DNA of 64,000 nucleotides from Mytilus trossulus (Eukaryota), in NCBI RefSeq assembly GCF_036588685.1, contig NW_026963333.1, positions 1-64,000 of the forward strand, read 5' to 3'. Of this stretch, positions 39,904-52,700 are shown in pieces. Below the pieces are notes generated by a model. It searched no databases, was not told where the DNA came from, and was given only the letters and a program-made list of their open reading frames with translations. The stretch's first letter is position 1, and each line of letters begins with the position of its first letter. Both the position numbers and the translations under genes were made by a program.

Positions 39904-42276
39904 TTATATAGATAAAGGGGGAGATGCTGCTGCTACTGCTGTTGCTGTTGCTGTTGCGGCTGTTACTCCTATTGCTGCTGTTGCGGCTGTTGCTGNNNNN
40001 NNNNNNNNNNNNNNNNNNNNNNNNNNNNNNNNNNNNNNNNNNNNNNNNNNNNNNNNNNNNNNNNNNNNNNNNNNNNNNNNNNNNNNNNNNNNNNNNNNNN
40101 NNNNNNNNNNNNNNNNNNNNNNNNNNNNNNNNNNNNNNNNNNNNNNNNNNNNNNTATATGTCTTCCAAGAGCATGTGTATACAGTCTCCTCTTATTGGTT
40201 TGGGTTTCCGCTAAGGATCCTATATTAAAAAAACATATAATAAACACCCAGTTTTATTAAACAGTAAGTGTGTAAAAACCTTCATAGGAATTTTGTTTTT
40301 TTCAACTTCAATGATACATACCAATGATAAAGATGCCTAACATAGCGTTGACATTTTTATGGTAGGCAGAATGTAATATTTCAAAAATCATTATGTATGG
40401 TTAAAGAGACCATATGAAATGATAACAAAAGATATGGTATTCATTTGTTTTATGTAAAAGGTGACCAATTAAAACAGGTTATTCCAATAAATATTTCATT
40501 CGAAAGTTATGTAAGCATATAATCTTACTTGCAATACTGGGCTCTCGGTGTATTTCTACTACACGTTTTCTCCGTGCATATGGTGACGGCATACCTAAAT
40601 TGAACAAGCATTATATGAGTGATTTAAATGCATTTTATTTTATTCTATACATTTGTTTATAACCTTTTGTCTACTAAAAAGTAAAATCACAAAAATACTG
40701 AACTCAGAGGAAAATCAATACGGAAAGTCCATTATCACATGGCAAAATCAAATAACAAAACGCATCAAAAACGAATAGACAAGAACTGTCATATTCCTGT
40801 CTTGGTACAGGCATTTTCAAATGTAGAAAATGGTGGATTAAACCTGGTTCTATAGCGCTAATCCTCTCTCTTTAATAACATTCTCATCATGATGCGTTAA
40901 ATAAACAGTCACAATTAATAAAATAGTCAAAATATGGGTACATCAGTCATCATTGCATAACAATTTTAAAAGGGACAATTTAACAGAACACAAAAACATC
41001 TATCTACGAACACATGGATTGACTTGAGTGTCTGACGTCATAAAATTTGTATACGTCACATACATTTGTCGTTCAATGTGCATACAAACAGTTTTAAAAT
41101 TTACATAGGTAATGTAAGCATACAGAGTTAAAAAATCAAAAGTATGTAAGAACAAATTACAGAAATAACCGAGATTTTAACTAGTCCAAAAGTTATAGGT
41201 AGAATATATGAGAATAAAAAAATAGTTAATTCCACTACGCGATTGAATGATTTTGACGTTTATGGTTCAACGTATATAGTAATTCATAATAGAAATATAT
41301 CATAATGACATATAATAGACTATATAATACTGACGGGATCTTTTAAAGTACAGAGTCACGTAATAAGAACAAAAGCAGTACAAAGAGTCGCATATACAAA
41401 ACAAACCATCAAAAAATGAAAGCCAATACACACACATTAACGAGATGTATAAGTACCGAGCCATGTCAAACGGATATCACATAAAACCATTCAACAGTAA
41501 AAGTAATATTGATAATAGAACAAAGACAAATAAAAGAACAGTAAAACATATTGTAAAGATGATAAACAACATCAGTACGCAGAATCTATACATCAAGACC
41601 ATCGTGTATTATTTGAGAAGTTGATACGGAATATTTATCAACAAGGTCTTGGTACCTTCCGATGAACTTTTTTAGAAAAAGGACGAGACGTTCTTTGACA
41701 TACCCCTGGTTCATCAACTTTCTACTCAGACACTGATGACGTTTTACAAAGTCTGAGTAGGAGCTGCAAGCTCTTGAATATCGAATAAGTTGGAAAATAT
41801 ATATCCCATATGCAGGTGAAGCTGGTATGTTGCTACTAAGGTGGGGGACTAAAACATATTCACTAGTACAACAGTTAAATTATACAAATTCCTCTGTAAA
41901 CAACATCGATTCTGGCATCAAACCTTTTCATAAACACTTCTAAAGATATAAAGATCTTGTTTGTATGTATTTAATCAGGCTATTTATTTTCTAGTTGGAT
42001 TTTTTATATTTGTCTTTCCGTGTTTTAATGATAAAGATCGTACGATAACTTTTAGTTGTTAAACTCTTTGTGACTATTTCATTTGGTTTCTTGTGGAGAG
42101 TAGTTATATCTCTAGTTTTTTTCATATCCAAGTGGAACGTTTTGTGATATTGTTATATCAATAAATGTCTTACCCGAAAATGATTTCTCAACTGTATCGT
42201 CATGTTTAACAACAGCTGCAGATAAAATATCCGAGAGTAGGACTAAACAGATAGATACAGCTACCACTGAAACCAT
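39904..42276 (-). CDS. Small secreted precursor, copy 3 (3 exons; C-terminus hidden by N run 39996-40154)
   Basis: Exon 1 42276-42174 (MVSVVAVSICLVLLSDILSAAVVKHDDTVEKSFS); exon 2 40594-40529 (GMPSPYARRKRVVEIHREPSIA); exon 3 from 40219 (RSLAETQTNKRRLYTHALGRHI-gap). Stop at 39969-39971 (Gln frame) or 39904-39906 (Ala/Thr frame). Confidence 0.75.
40677..41845 (-). mobile_element. ~1.17-kb composite repeat insertion in intron 1 of copy 3
   Basis: Absent from the homologous intron of copy 2 (gtctattaaaccatatt is continuous at ~36033) and flanked by a short direct repeat actaaaa. Starts with family C; the other end resembles the retroelement sequence at ~44340-44410. Confidence 0.6.
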
Positions 42277-44279
42277 TTTGAAAATGATTTTTCTTGGTAA
42301 ATTGTGTATAATATATTTATATTGTGAAAATAATATTCGTCACTAATGACAGAAATTTCCATATTATCCAGCTGTTACTGTCAAACTTATAAATGTCAAA
42401 CAGTTTGGCCATTAGGTTTGAATTATTCATAATTTAAACTAGATACATATACTACGCAGCAAACATTTTTTATAGGGCATACTTATTTTAGATATATAAC
42501 TGCATGGAATGATTGTAGTTATCAAAGGTTCCATAATTATTAGTACACCAGACGTGCGTTTCGTCTACATAAGACTCTTCAGTGACGCTCATATCAAAAT
42601 ATTTATATTGCCAAACAAGTACAAAGTTGAAGAGCATTGAGTATCCAAAATTCTAGAAAAAGTTGTTTCAAATTAAGATGGTCGAAAGATACCAGAGGGA
42701 GAGTCAAACTCATAGATGGAAAATGAATTGACAACGCCATGGCTAAGAATTAAAAAGACAAACAGACAAAATAATAGTACAGAAGACACAACATAGAAAA
42801 CTTAAAACTAAGCAACACGAACCCCACCAAAAACTTTGGGAGGTCTCAGGTGCTCGGAAGTGTAAGCAAATCCTGTTCCACATGTGCCATCCGTCGTGTT
42901 GCTTGTGTTATGACAAATACATACAAATTAAAAATAAGTGTCTTAATAATTAGTTAACCTTTATTGGTAGGCATATGAGAAGCTTTACGGAAATAGTATT
43001 TCCAATAAAATCACATAAAACTAATTTATTTTGCAAATTTAAATGGATGATTGCATGGGCCTGAAAGATTTAAATAATCATAAAATGTAAATGTCCATAG
43101 CAAAGGCGGCATACATTAAGAATTATCTCATTATAAAATGTTGTGTGTTATCAGCAGTGCCTCTACTCTTTTAACATTCGTCAAACAAGGAACGATTATA
43201 CTTTAGATAACAAGTCAAACAGATTTCAGCAGAAATGATAAAAGAGCACAAAGTTGATGTTACATTAAAAATAATACATTTGATATAGGACGTTTACCAA
43301 ATACTAATTGGTCAATTATTCATAGTATGAAAGGTTACCTATTGTTGTTTTCATCCGCATTGTTTGGTCTCTTCAAGTTAGATAATTTTCTGACAATCAT
43401 ACACAATCTACCCATTTCATACATTAACAAATCCTTATCGTTCAAATATGTGTGCAGACTTAATCTTTCTGCAGCAATTTTGTTAAGACATTGCCTAGTT
43501 TTCTCTTTTACTGAGTGAAAATTGGAATACTAGATTGTGCATGCATAGCGGGAGTCGTTCAACAAGTCGAGCTGTTCTACTTTGGAGTTTATTTTCCCAG
43601 TTTTTGTTTGTTACCTGTATATATTTGGTCCGATATTTGGGAATTGAAGATTAGTTTACTTTAGTCACCTGAATTCATTCGGAGCTAGTTTTAAAGCAAA
43701 CACATGGTTCATTCTACATATGTGCATTAATTATATATTTGTATAAGAAATAAGCGATTTGAAAAACGCCAAATATGTTAATATTATCAGGATGAAAATT
43801 ATAAATTTGTTATATGTAATGCGACATGGCTTGCTTCAATCTTTTACTGACAATACAAATTTTTAAATATTTCAGATGTGCATATATTAAGGATAGACGC
43901 GTTTTTTGTTATAAAGTTCTTTCCAAATGGTTCTTGAACTTAATTGTATGACATTATATGGTTGTCCATGGTGATCAATAACAATTACAAAAGAGAAACG
44001 TTATTACAATAGGCCGAAATGAATACGGCCAAACTAAGTATCATTTTCTTATGATTGACATAACAATTTCGAACATTACCGATACTAAGTAACAAGGCTT
44101 TTCTTCCTCAGAAATAGATTACTTACGCTGTATTTGGCAAATCGTTTAGGAATTTTTGGTCCTTAATGCTCAATTTTTGATTCGAGCGTCACTGATGAGT
44201 CTTTTGTAGACAAAACTCGCGTCTGGCGTTAATACGAAGTTTCAATTCTGGTATCTATCATGAGTTTAATTGGAACACT

Positions 44280-44930
44280 TGGTTCAAAAGCTTCCTTGAA
44301 AGCAGCAACCCTCTATAAAAAAAATTATTGTAGAAAATACAAGCCCGGGACGTTCGTATCAAATGGGAGATATCATCTCCGTATGCAGACGGTGTTAGAA
44401 TGTTACTTCATAGAGATTGAAAGTTCATAATTTGGAAGCTAAACTCATCTCTTTTGTCGTAAAGTTTTGTTTGCAACCGACCATCATTTTCAATTTATAT
44501 GTTGGTCAGAATAGGATGCACACTTAACTGTATCTAATGTATCCTTTATCTTTAGTACGATCGGATAGGTGCATTCAACAGTCACCAAATTTTGAATTAT
44601 TTAACGTGAGAACATCATTTATATAACGGAAAGTAAAGTAAAAGGATATTCCTAACGTCTTATCTTTCTTCCTAAGGAGTACCTGTATGAAGTCAGCCTC
44701 ATGATAACAAAGGAACAAGTCGGCGAGAAGAGGGACACAATTAGTTACTATGGAATTTCCAACATTCTGTGGATAAACACGTCCGTCACACGTAACAAAT
44801 ATGTTGTCAATCAAAAAATCACGCATCTTGATAATGTAATTTTAAAAGAACTTTTTGTTGGAGTGATTCTTTACAAAGTACGATTTATCACTCCCTAAGA
44901 CAACATACTTGTATCTGTGTTGATCATACT
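44280..44930 (-). mobile_element. Degenerate Penelope-like reverse transcriptase fragment
   Basis: FLIDNIFV...GRVYPQNVGNSIVTNCVPLLADLFL...EADF...SFYFTFRYINDVLTLNN corresponds to the Q..GIPMG...APLLADLFL / RYIDD RT motifs, with substitutions and stops. Confidence 0.8.
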
Positions 44931-46791
44931 TTTTTTTATATTATTTTGTTTTGTAAACTTCCAATTGGTAAACTATTCGATAAATCTGCAGACGTTCCCA
45001 ATCAGGTATATTCACTTTTGTAGTAAAATATACAGTATTGAAAGACGAACAAGGGTCTTAACACTTTGTATATATAAGATATGAATTCATGTTATATGTC
45101 AGTTTGGTATGGTTAAGACTTTTGGTAAATGAAACATGTTATTAAGAGAGTCCTCTTCCCTTAACCAGTTATTGTGCTACGCGTAATGTGGATTGAATAT
45201 AACAAATATACATGTATGTGGTATGGTTGCCAATGCGACAACTGTTCACAAGAGACCAAAATGACACAGACATTAACAACTATAGGTCACCATACGGTCT
45301 TCAACAATGAGCAAAGCCCATACCGTGTAGTCAGCTATAAACGGCCCCGACATGACAATGTAAAACAATTTAAACGAAAATGCTTACGGCCTTATTTGTA
45401 TAAAAAATTAACGAAAAAAAAATATGTAACACAAAAAAAAACGACAACCACTGAATTACAGGTTCCTGACTTGAAGTCCTTTTTAGGTTGATATTATAGT
45501 TTGTCAGTTAATTTGTACTCCTGATTTATTGTGACCATTACATATACATGCGTTTGAGAAATAGAACATTGTTGATTTGAACAGTTGTATGATCACAAAA
45601 GTACGGCATAACACCGAATTGAGTACTTAATCACTGTAATCAATACACACTGTTGTAAGGTAGTCGTGTCCACCAAGCCTAACGTGAAATTAATCGATAT
45701 GAAAAAAATGATAGAACGTAAAGATGATTAATAAACGAATAAGAAAAAAGTACTTTATTTCAATTGTGGAAACAATGCAGTGATAGATTAATTTAGTTAA
45801 TAATTTGCGTCTGACTTATCTTTTTCCTACAATGTTTGATACTCAATGTTATTTTACCTTATACTTGTTTGGCTTTCTATTATTGTTATCTGAGCGTCAT
45901 TAATGCGTATTATGAAGACGATACACGGGTCTGGTGTATTAAATGATAAGCATGGTACCTTTGATAAATTTTCCCTCAATGTTTGAAACAGATAAGCATA
46001 AAGATTAGAAATTCCTTTTAAAGACAATCAAGATAAGAGACAACAAAGTTTAATGGAAACTTTACGGTGTCATTGTAAGTTGAAATTTGTTCATGTGCCT
46101 TCTTTGATTACAATTTGAACTATAAAGATCTATAAAATTGCATTTTAAATTCAAGATATCGTGGATCATTAAAGGTTAGAAAAAGGTTAATCGTTCTATG
46201 TTTAACATAACGGTTTTCATTTTTTTTAAATTAGATAAAGATATATTTATTGAATTCCTTTCTGCACGGATTATTGCATTATATATCTTACCATATCATT
46301 AATATCCTGATACACATTTCAATATGCACCCACCATGCCATATAGCACCGTCCCTTGGTGCCTCCTGCAGTTCAGCTCGATATATTTAGCCTACTCACAG
46401 TATCCCTTTTTTTTACTTTGTAGAGGTGTGCCTGAGTCGAGTGTTTTATATATAAATTAATATGTGAAAACTGTTGTTTCTTATTTGTTTTTGTAACTAT
46501 ATATACTGTATTGTTTATTATATCACCAATACACATCATTAACTCAGGAAACATGATTGTTTCAAGTATTGTTTATTTTAAATAATAACATTTACTGGTA
46601 AATGTTCAGTTGATAAGTTATGTGATTGAAATTATAATAGAACGGAAAGTTCCTTTGGCAAATACGTGATTATTAATTTGTTTGTTATGTATAGTTTGTT
46701 ATTGGGTTTGAATAATACAGCTGTTTTTGATATGTTTGGATTATAAACTTTTTGTACTGGGTGTACTGAATGAAAGTTCATACAATTCTTT

Positions 46792-49700
46792 ATGCGCAGA
46801 ATAATCGGTAGCATACGTTTAGCTTACAAACAAACCAAGTTGGGTATTTATAGTATCTTTTATTCAAATCAGTAGCAAGAAGACTACCTATTTTACATTG
46901 CATGTACATAAAAAGTTTTAGTAAAAAGTTAAAACACAAAAATACTGAACTCCAAGGAAAATTCAAAAAGAAAGTCTCAAATCAAATGGCAAATCAAAAA
47001 ATTCAAACCCATCAAACGAATGAATAACAACTGTTTATAGGATGTATAATTTATAGGATGTTGATTTTGCATTGATATTAAGATTGACACCTGAAAACGA
47101 TGTATAGATATTTAATCTAATATCATTGGGCTGATGTTTAGATGAATTATATCTACAAAATGTATTTCAGCCTTATATCACCATCACTGTGGGTGATCCG
47201 ATGGAAAACATATGTTGTACAGTCGTCAATGGTTCAGACGTACTTATCTTACATTTATTTGTAAGATCCTTTGCAATAGATAATTCGGCTGATTTGTAAC
47301 AATTTCATCTGCATGCCTAATATAGTATGTACTGTGTTACGACGCCAGATTTAAACTGACGAGGAAAAGTAACACCCGGTCTGCGTAGTCGAGAGGTCTA
47401 TCGCGTTGGACACAGTGCAGGCGATTTGGTGTTATGACATCTTAGTAGCATAAGTTCGAATCCCGGCGAGGGAAGTACAAACAATTTCGAAATTCATTTG
47501 TGTGAATTTTCTTTAGAGATTCGTATTTTTGTTGATTTACTTCTTGAAAAAAAGGCTAAAGGAACCAACGTAAAAAAATCAACTTCACAAGTCCACAAGA
47601 CGGATAGATATAATAGATCTACAAAACGTTTTATGATTAACTAGGTGCAAACCAAACACTTCAACAAATAGTTGAACAGACGCATTAGACGATGAACTTT
47701 GTTTTTTGTTCACATGTGGCACTAATATTATTAACACGAAAAGTTCACATACTAATGTTAATCTGGGACATAGATATTTCATAAAAGTTAACAAATCACA
47801 AAGACGTCCATAAAGATTGCAAAAGGACAACTTTAACTTTACCACTAGGAATTATTGGTTCTATAGGTTCCTTGAAGCCACCTTTTCTCAAATTAATCAT
47901 GACAACAAAAATCCGCTCTTGAATATAGTTTCAACTGAGAAATACGTACATCATATGCATGACTAAATTCACCATAGTAGCCAATAATGAAGACCAGTCC
48001 GACTTTGTTTATATTTTGTCACGGTCAAGTTTCTGATCGGAAACAAAATGTTGTATATGATAAATCATATAATTTAAATGTATTCGGCAAAACCTTTCGA
48101 AAGGTTTGGTTCTCAATACTCTTCGAATTCGTTTTTGATTTGACCTTTTTAACTTTGTATTTATTCGAGTGTCATTGATGAGTATTTCGTAGACGAAACT
48201 CGTGTCCGGCGCAAACAATTGTATTCCTAAAATCTATAATTAGTTCAACTATATATCACGTATAGACTGAAACCCCGCGTTCACATGTTTTCCTATTGCA
48301 ATCTTGATAATAATAATGCATGAGCAAACATTCTGGTTGGAGTATTGTATTGTTAAGACAGTTAGACTGAAGTAATGAAACATTTAGGAATTTAGGAACA
48401 TTTCAAGGATTTGGCTATACTTTTTGGACCTTTTGTATTATAGCTCTTCATCTTTTATATATGCTTTGGATTTCAAATATTTTGGCCACGAGCATCACTG
48501 AAGAGACATGTATTGTCGAAATGCGCATCTGGTGCAAGAAAATTGGTACCGTTAATTTTATTAGATTATCACAATGTTTACTTTTTGTTTCAGTCTTTAT
48601 TCTGTTAGCACTGTTCAGCAAATCTACTTTTGGTAAGATATATATTCAATTTTACAATTTTTCTGTTTACAAAACTTTGAATTTTTCGAAAAACTAAGGA
48701 TTTTCTTACTCCCAGGAGTAGATTACCTTTGCCGTATTTGGCACAACTTTTTGGAATTGTGGGTCCTCAATGCTCTTTAACTTTTTATTTGTTTGGCTTT
48801 TTAACTGTTTTGATCTGAGCGTCATTGATGAGTCTTATGTAGACGAAACGCGCGTCTGCCGCATTAAATTACAATCCTGGTACCTTTGATAACTATTAGA
48901 AGACAGCTCAAAATATTTGTAGTATCTCAATGAGATGATGTAAGGTGAAGTAAGAAAACAGTGAATTATGACTGTAAAAATGTATTTTGGCGAGGAATCT
49001 TTTGTGGTGCTATTTTGACAACAAGGTTACCAAGCGTCTTGCCTCTTGATATTAAATTGAAAAGGTAACATGAAATGTTAACAGAAAAACTTGGATTTAT
49101 CTGTTAGGAACACTTTGTCACATACAAGGATGGAAAATAGAACATACAATGTATATATGCAATAATGATTTTCTAAAATTCCAGACTTTAACTAGCGAAT
49201 TACATTAATCTTTATTGAAGTTAAAGGTTAACACACTTACTTTATGATTCACCTGCTACAACAATGTATGGATAATAATGGTAATGACAGTTTAACCAAT
49301 ATATTTGGGTCATCAATGCTCTGCAACTTTGTACTTTGGTTTCATAACTAGTTTGATCTGAGCGTCACTGATTTATGAGACGAAACGCGCGTCGGGCGTA
49401 TTAAATGACAATCCTGGTACCTTTTATAACTATTTACATCACTAGGTCGATGCCACTGCTGGTTGACGTTTTGTCTCCGAGGGTATCACCAGCCCAGTAG
49501 TCAGCACTTTAGTGTTGACATGAATATCAATTATATGGTCTATTTTATAAATTTCCTGTTTACAAATCTGTGTATTTTACAAAAAACTAAGGATGTTCTT
49601 ATACCAGGAACAGATTACCTTAAGCCGTTCTTTTTTGGTTTTATAATTATTTTGATCTAAGCGTTACTGATGAATCTTATGTAGACCAAACGCGCGTCTG

Positions 49701-52700
49701 GTGTATTAGATTATAATCCTGGTATCTTTGATTACTATTATCTTATTAGGTATTTTTTTAAGATTGATAAAAGTATAATTGATCCTAACAAACTCTCTAT
49801 ATTTATCTCTATGGTATATATTGATATGCTGTATGTGTTTTTTAATAATCACATGTACAGGAGTAATTTTCAATTTTCCTATTTTTAAACAGCATTAACA
49901 TGTTTTGACTGTCAAAACATTAGTCATCCTCGATTCTGCGAACAGGTCAGAAAATGTAAAGACAATCAGGTAAATACTGTAAAACATATCTTCAGATTTG
50001 TTCAACTTCTCGGTTTTTTTTACGATTAATAGCTTAAACTTTCATCATACAGTTTACCAAAAAACAAAAAAACAACAGCGTGCAGAGAGAAGGTTCTATT
50101 TAGGAACATATATTATATATGTGTTATCACACCATTGATTTTCCCCTATTAGTCTTTGTTAAATTTGCACTTTCCAAAAAAAAATGTGTAGACTTTATCT
50201 TTGTTTTAAATAAAGAAATTTGGCATGAGTAAAGTTGTATCCTGTCAAGTACTATAGAAAAAAAATTCACATAACATTTTATTGCATATAAGAAAATAAC
50301 CATCACTGGAACCAATCAAATTTCTTCACATATTTTATCTGTGTACAAGGCTTAGTCACCATTTAATCTTAAGATTACAAAATATTCCATAGAAATCCCA
50401 AATAAAAAAATAATGGTGCTTTGAAATACCCAAGACATATAATCATGGCACTGAAAACTTTAAATGCAATAAAATGTAGGATTAATTACCTACAACTGTC
50501 AAATTCAAGGGAATTCAAGGGAATATTTTTTTCGACCTATTTGTATAAATAAGCCGTTCTCGTTTGAATTGTTTTACATTGTAATTTCGGGGCCTTGCTG
50601 ACTATGGGTGAATGGGTATGCGCTTTGCTCATTGCTGAAAACCGTACGGTGGCCTATAGTTGTAAGTTTCTGTGTCATTTTGGTCTCTTGTGGACAGTTT
50701 TCTCATTGGCAATCATAACGCATCTTCTTTTTTTATAACATATGACAAACAATAAAAGTTTGGTAACACACACAAAAAAAAATGAAGAACTTGTTTTACA
50801 CGTAAACAGTTAGATGCATGTTTTTGCGATGTAACAAGATGTGAACAACTCATAATATTTATGATAAAAAGTGACAAAAACAAAAAAATCGAACTCCAAG
50901 GAAATTTCAAATCGAAAAGTTCCTTATCAAATTTCATAATCACAAGTTCAAATACACCAAACAAATAGAACACAACTGTCAATCTTGATTTGGTAAAAGC
51001 GTTTCCTTATATATAAAATTATGTATTTAACTTTTTTTAACTAGCTGAACCTCTCACTTGAATGTATGTTTTGTTTGAGGAATTAAAAAAATATTGATTT
51101 TCAACAGATTTGCGGGTTGGAACGAGAAGCAAAGTCAAACGGGGACATTATATACAATGTTGGATGTATGACACCGCAGGTAAATATCATATTCCATTTA
51201 GATATTTAAAAGCCATCTAAAATGACGTATTCACTTACCATTGTCGCTGAGAAATATTGATCACAATATTTTAAATAGATAATCATTGTCATCATAAATC
51301 AAAACTGATTGGTAATTAATTCTTAGATTTATGATTTTTTTATAAGTTGTCAGTGGCTTTGAACTATCTGTCAATAACTGCAAGTACTCTAAGATCAGTA
51401 ATTAGTGTCTTTTTGTTATTGGAATGTACATGTATCCGGTCACGTGTTTTGTAAGATGAATTTGAATTTGCATTCTTCAAATAAGTTAAGCCTTATTTTT
51501 CATATGTTGTTCTTATGTTGTACTGATACTAGACTGTCTCAGGCTAGAGGAGAGTAGCTTGTATGTTAATCCCATCCACATTCCGTGTGTACCTGTCTCA
51601 GGCCAGGAGCATGTTAATCGGGTGGTTGTTTCTATGTACATATTTGGTTTACATTATTATGTTCATAAATTAGGCTGTTTATTGCCTCGATTAATTTGTT
51701 TTGAACATGTCATTTCGAGGTCTTATATAGCTTACTCTGAGGGATGAGCTCTGCTCATTGTTGAAGGCCATACAATGACCTATAATTGTCAACTTCTGTG
51801 TCGTCTGGTCTTATGTGAAGAGTTGTCTCATTAGTAAACATTTCACATCTTCTTTTTATATTGTCTTCAATTATAATTGCAGCTTCTCATTTTGTCATGA
51901 TAATGTTGTCAGACCCGATAAAATATTTATTGGGTATATTCTTTCCAAAGATAAGTTATAATGAACTAAAAACGTCAGACAATACCTGCAAAAACTTTGT
52001 TGAGTTGCTTTGGAAAGGTAAGTAGATATTGCTCCGAAAGTAAGATCTGATTATTTAGCATGATCAATAGGCATTACAAGGAATTCATCTTCACGACGTT
52101 TATGTTAAACAGACTACATATATTTGAAATACTTATAAATTGGTTTACTTAATATTTGAAAGAAAGTTACTTTAATGTTGAACTTGAATTGTATGTTTTA
52201 CACTTCAAGACACATTTAATTCCAGACGTTAATTGAACATAAAACTCAGTTTCTCGCTCAAGTAATTTTATTCAATAAACTTAACTCTACTATTCTGGTA
52301 TCTGAGTTACTAGACTAGTAACTGATTAATGTATGGTACTATCAAACAATTGTTTCAGGTATGCGACACCAGCAGTGTAGGAGTGGGTACAAATCAGCCT
52401 TGTCTGAGTTGCTGTTCGACAGATCTCTGTAACACCAATGGATGTGGTGAACAAGGTAATCTTATCGCCTAAATTTTACGTTTGTCTTTTTGTGTTTGTG
52501 CTTCTTTTTATGTTTTATTTGGAATTGAGATAGTTCATTCTTGTTTAGTTGATTTTGCTGCTTTAGTTTTGTTTTGGGATTTTACATTTATGTAAGGGGT
52601 TTGGTTTATTTTTTTTTGTTTTGCTGTATTGAATTTATGCTCAATTATTATTTTGATTTAGTATTCGTTACATTATATTGATCACAATCATTTCTATTGG

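Larger units (their letters stand above)
31444..40491. repeat. Direct segmental duplication: 31444-34580 vs 37322-40491 (offset ~5.88 kb)
   Basis: Identical or near-identical ORF pairs (32360/38236, 32989/38865, 33719/39598); both copies contain an N run at the same relative position. Confidence 0.95.

Noticed and set aside
47378-47472. Functional tRNA gene
   Set aside because: A and B boxes are present but I could not pair acceptor and anticodon stems; kept only as a SINE-like remnant.
51883-52018. AG...GT-bounded candidate exon inside the Ly6-fibrinogen gene
   Set aside because: In the required phase it hits TGA after five codons, and the flanking exons join in frame without it.
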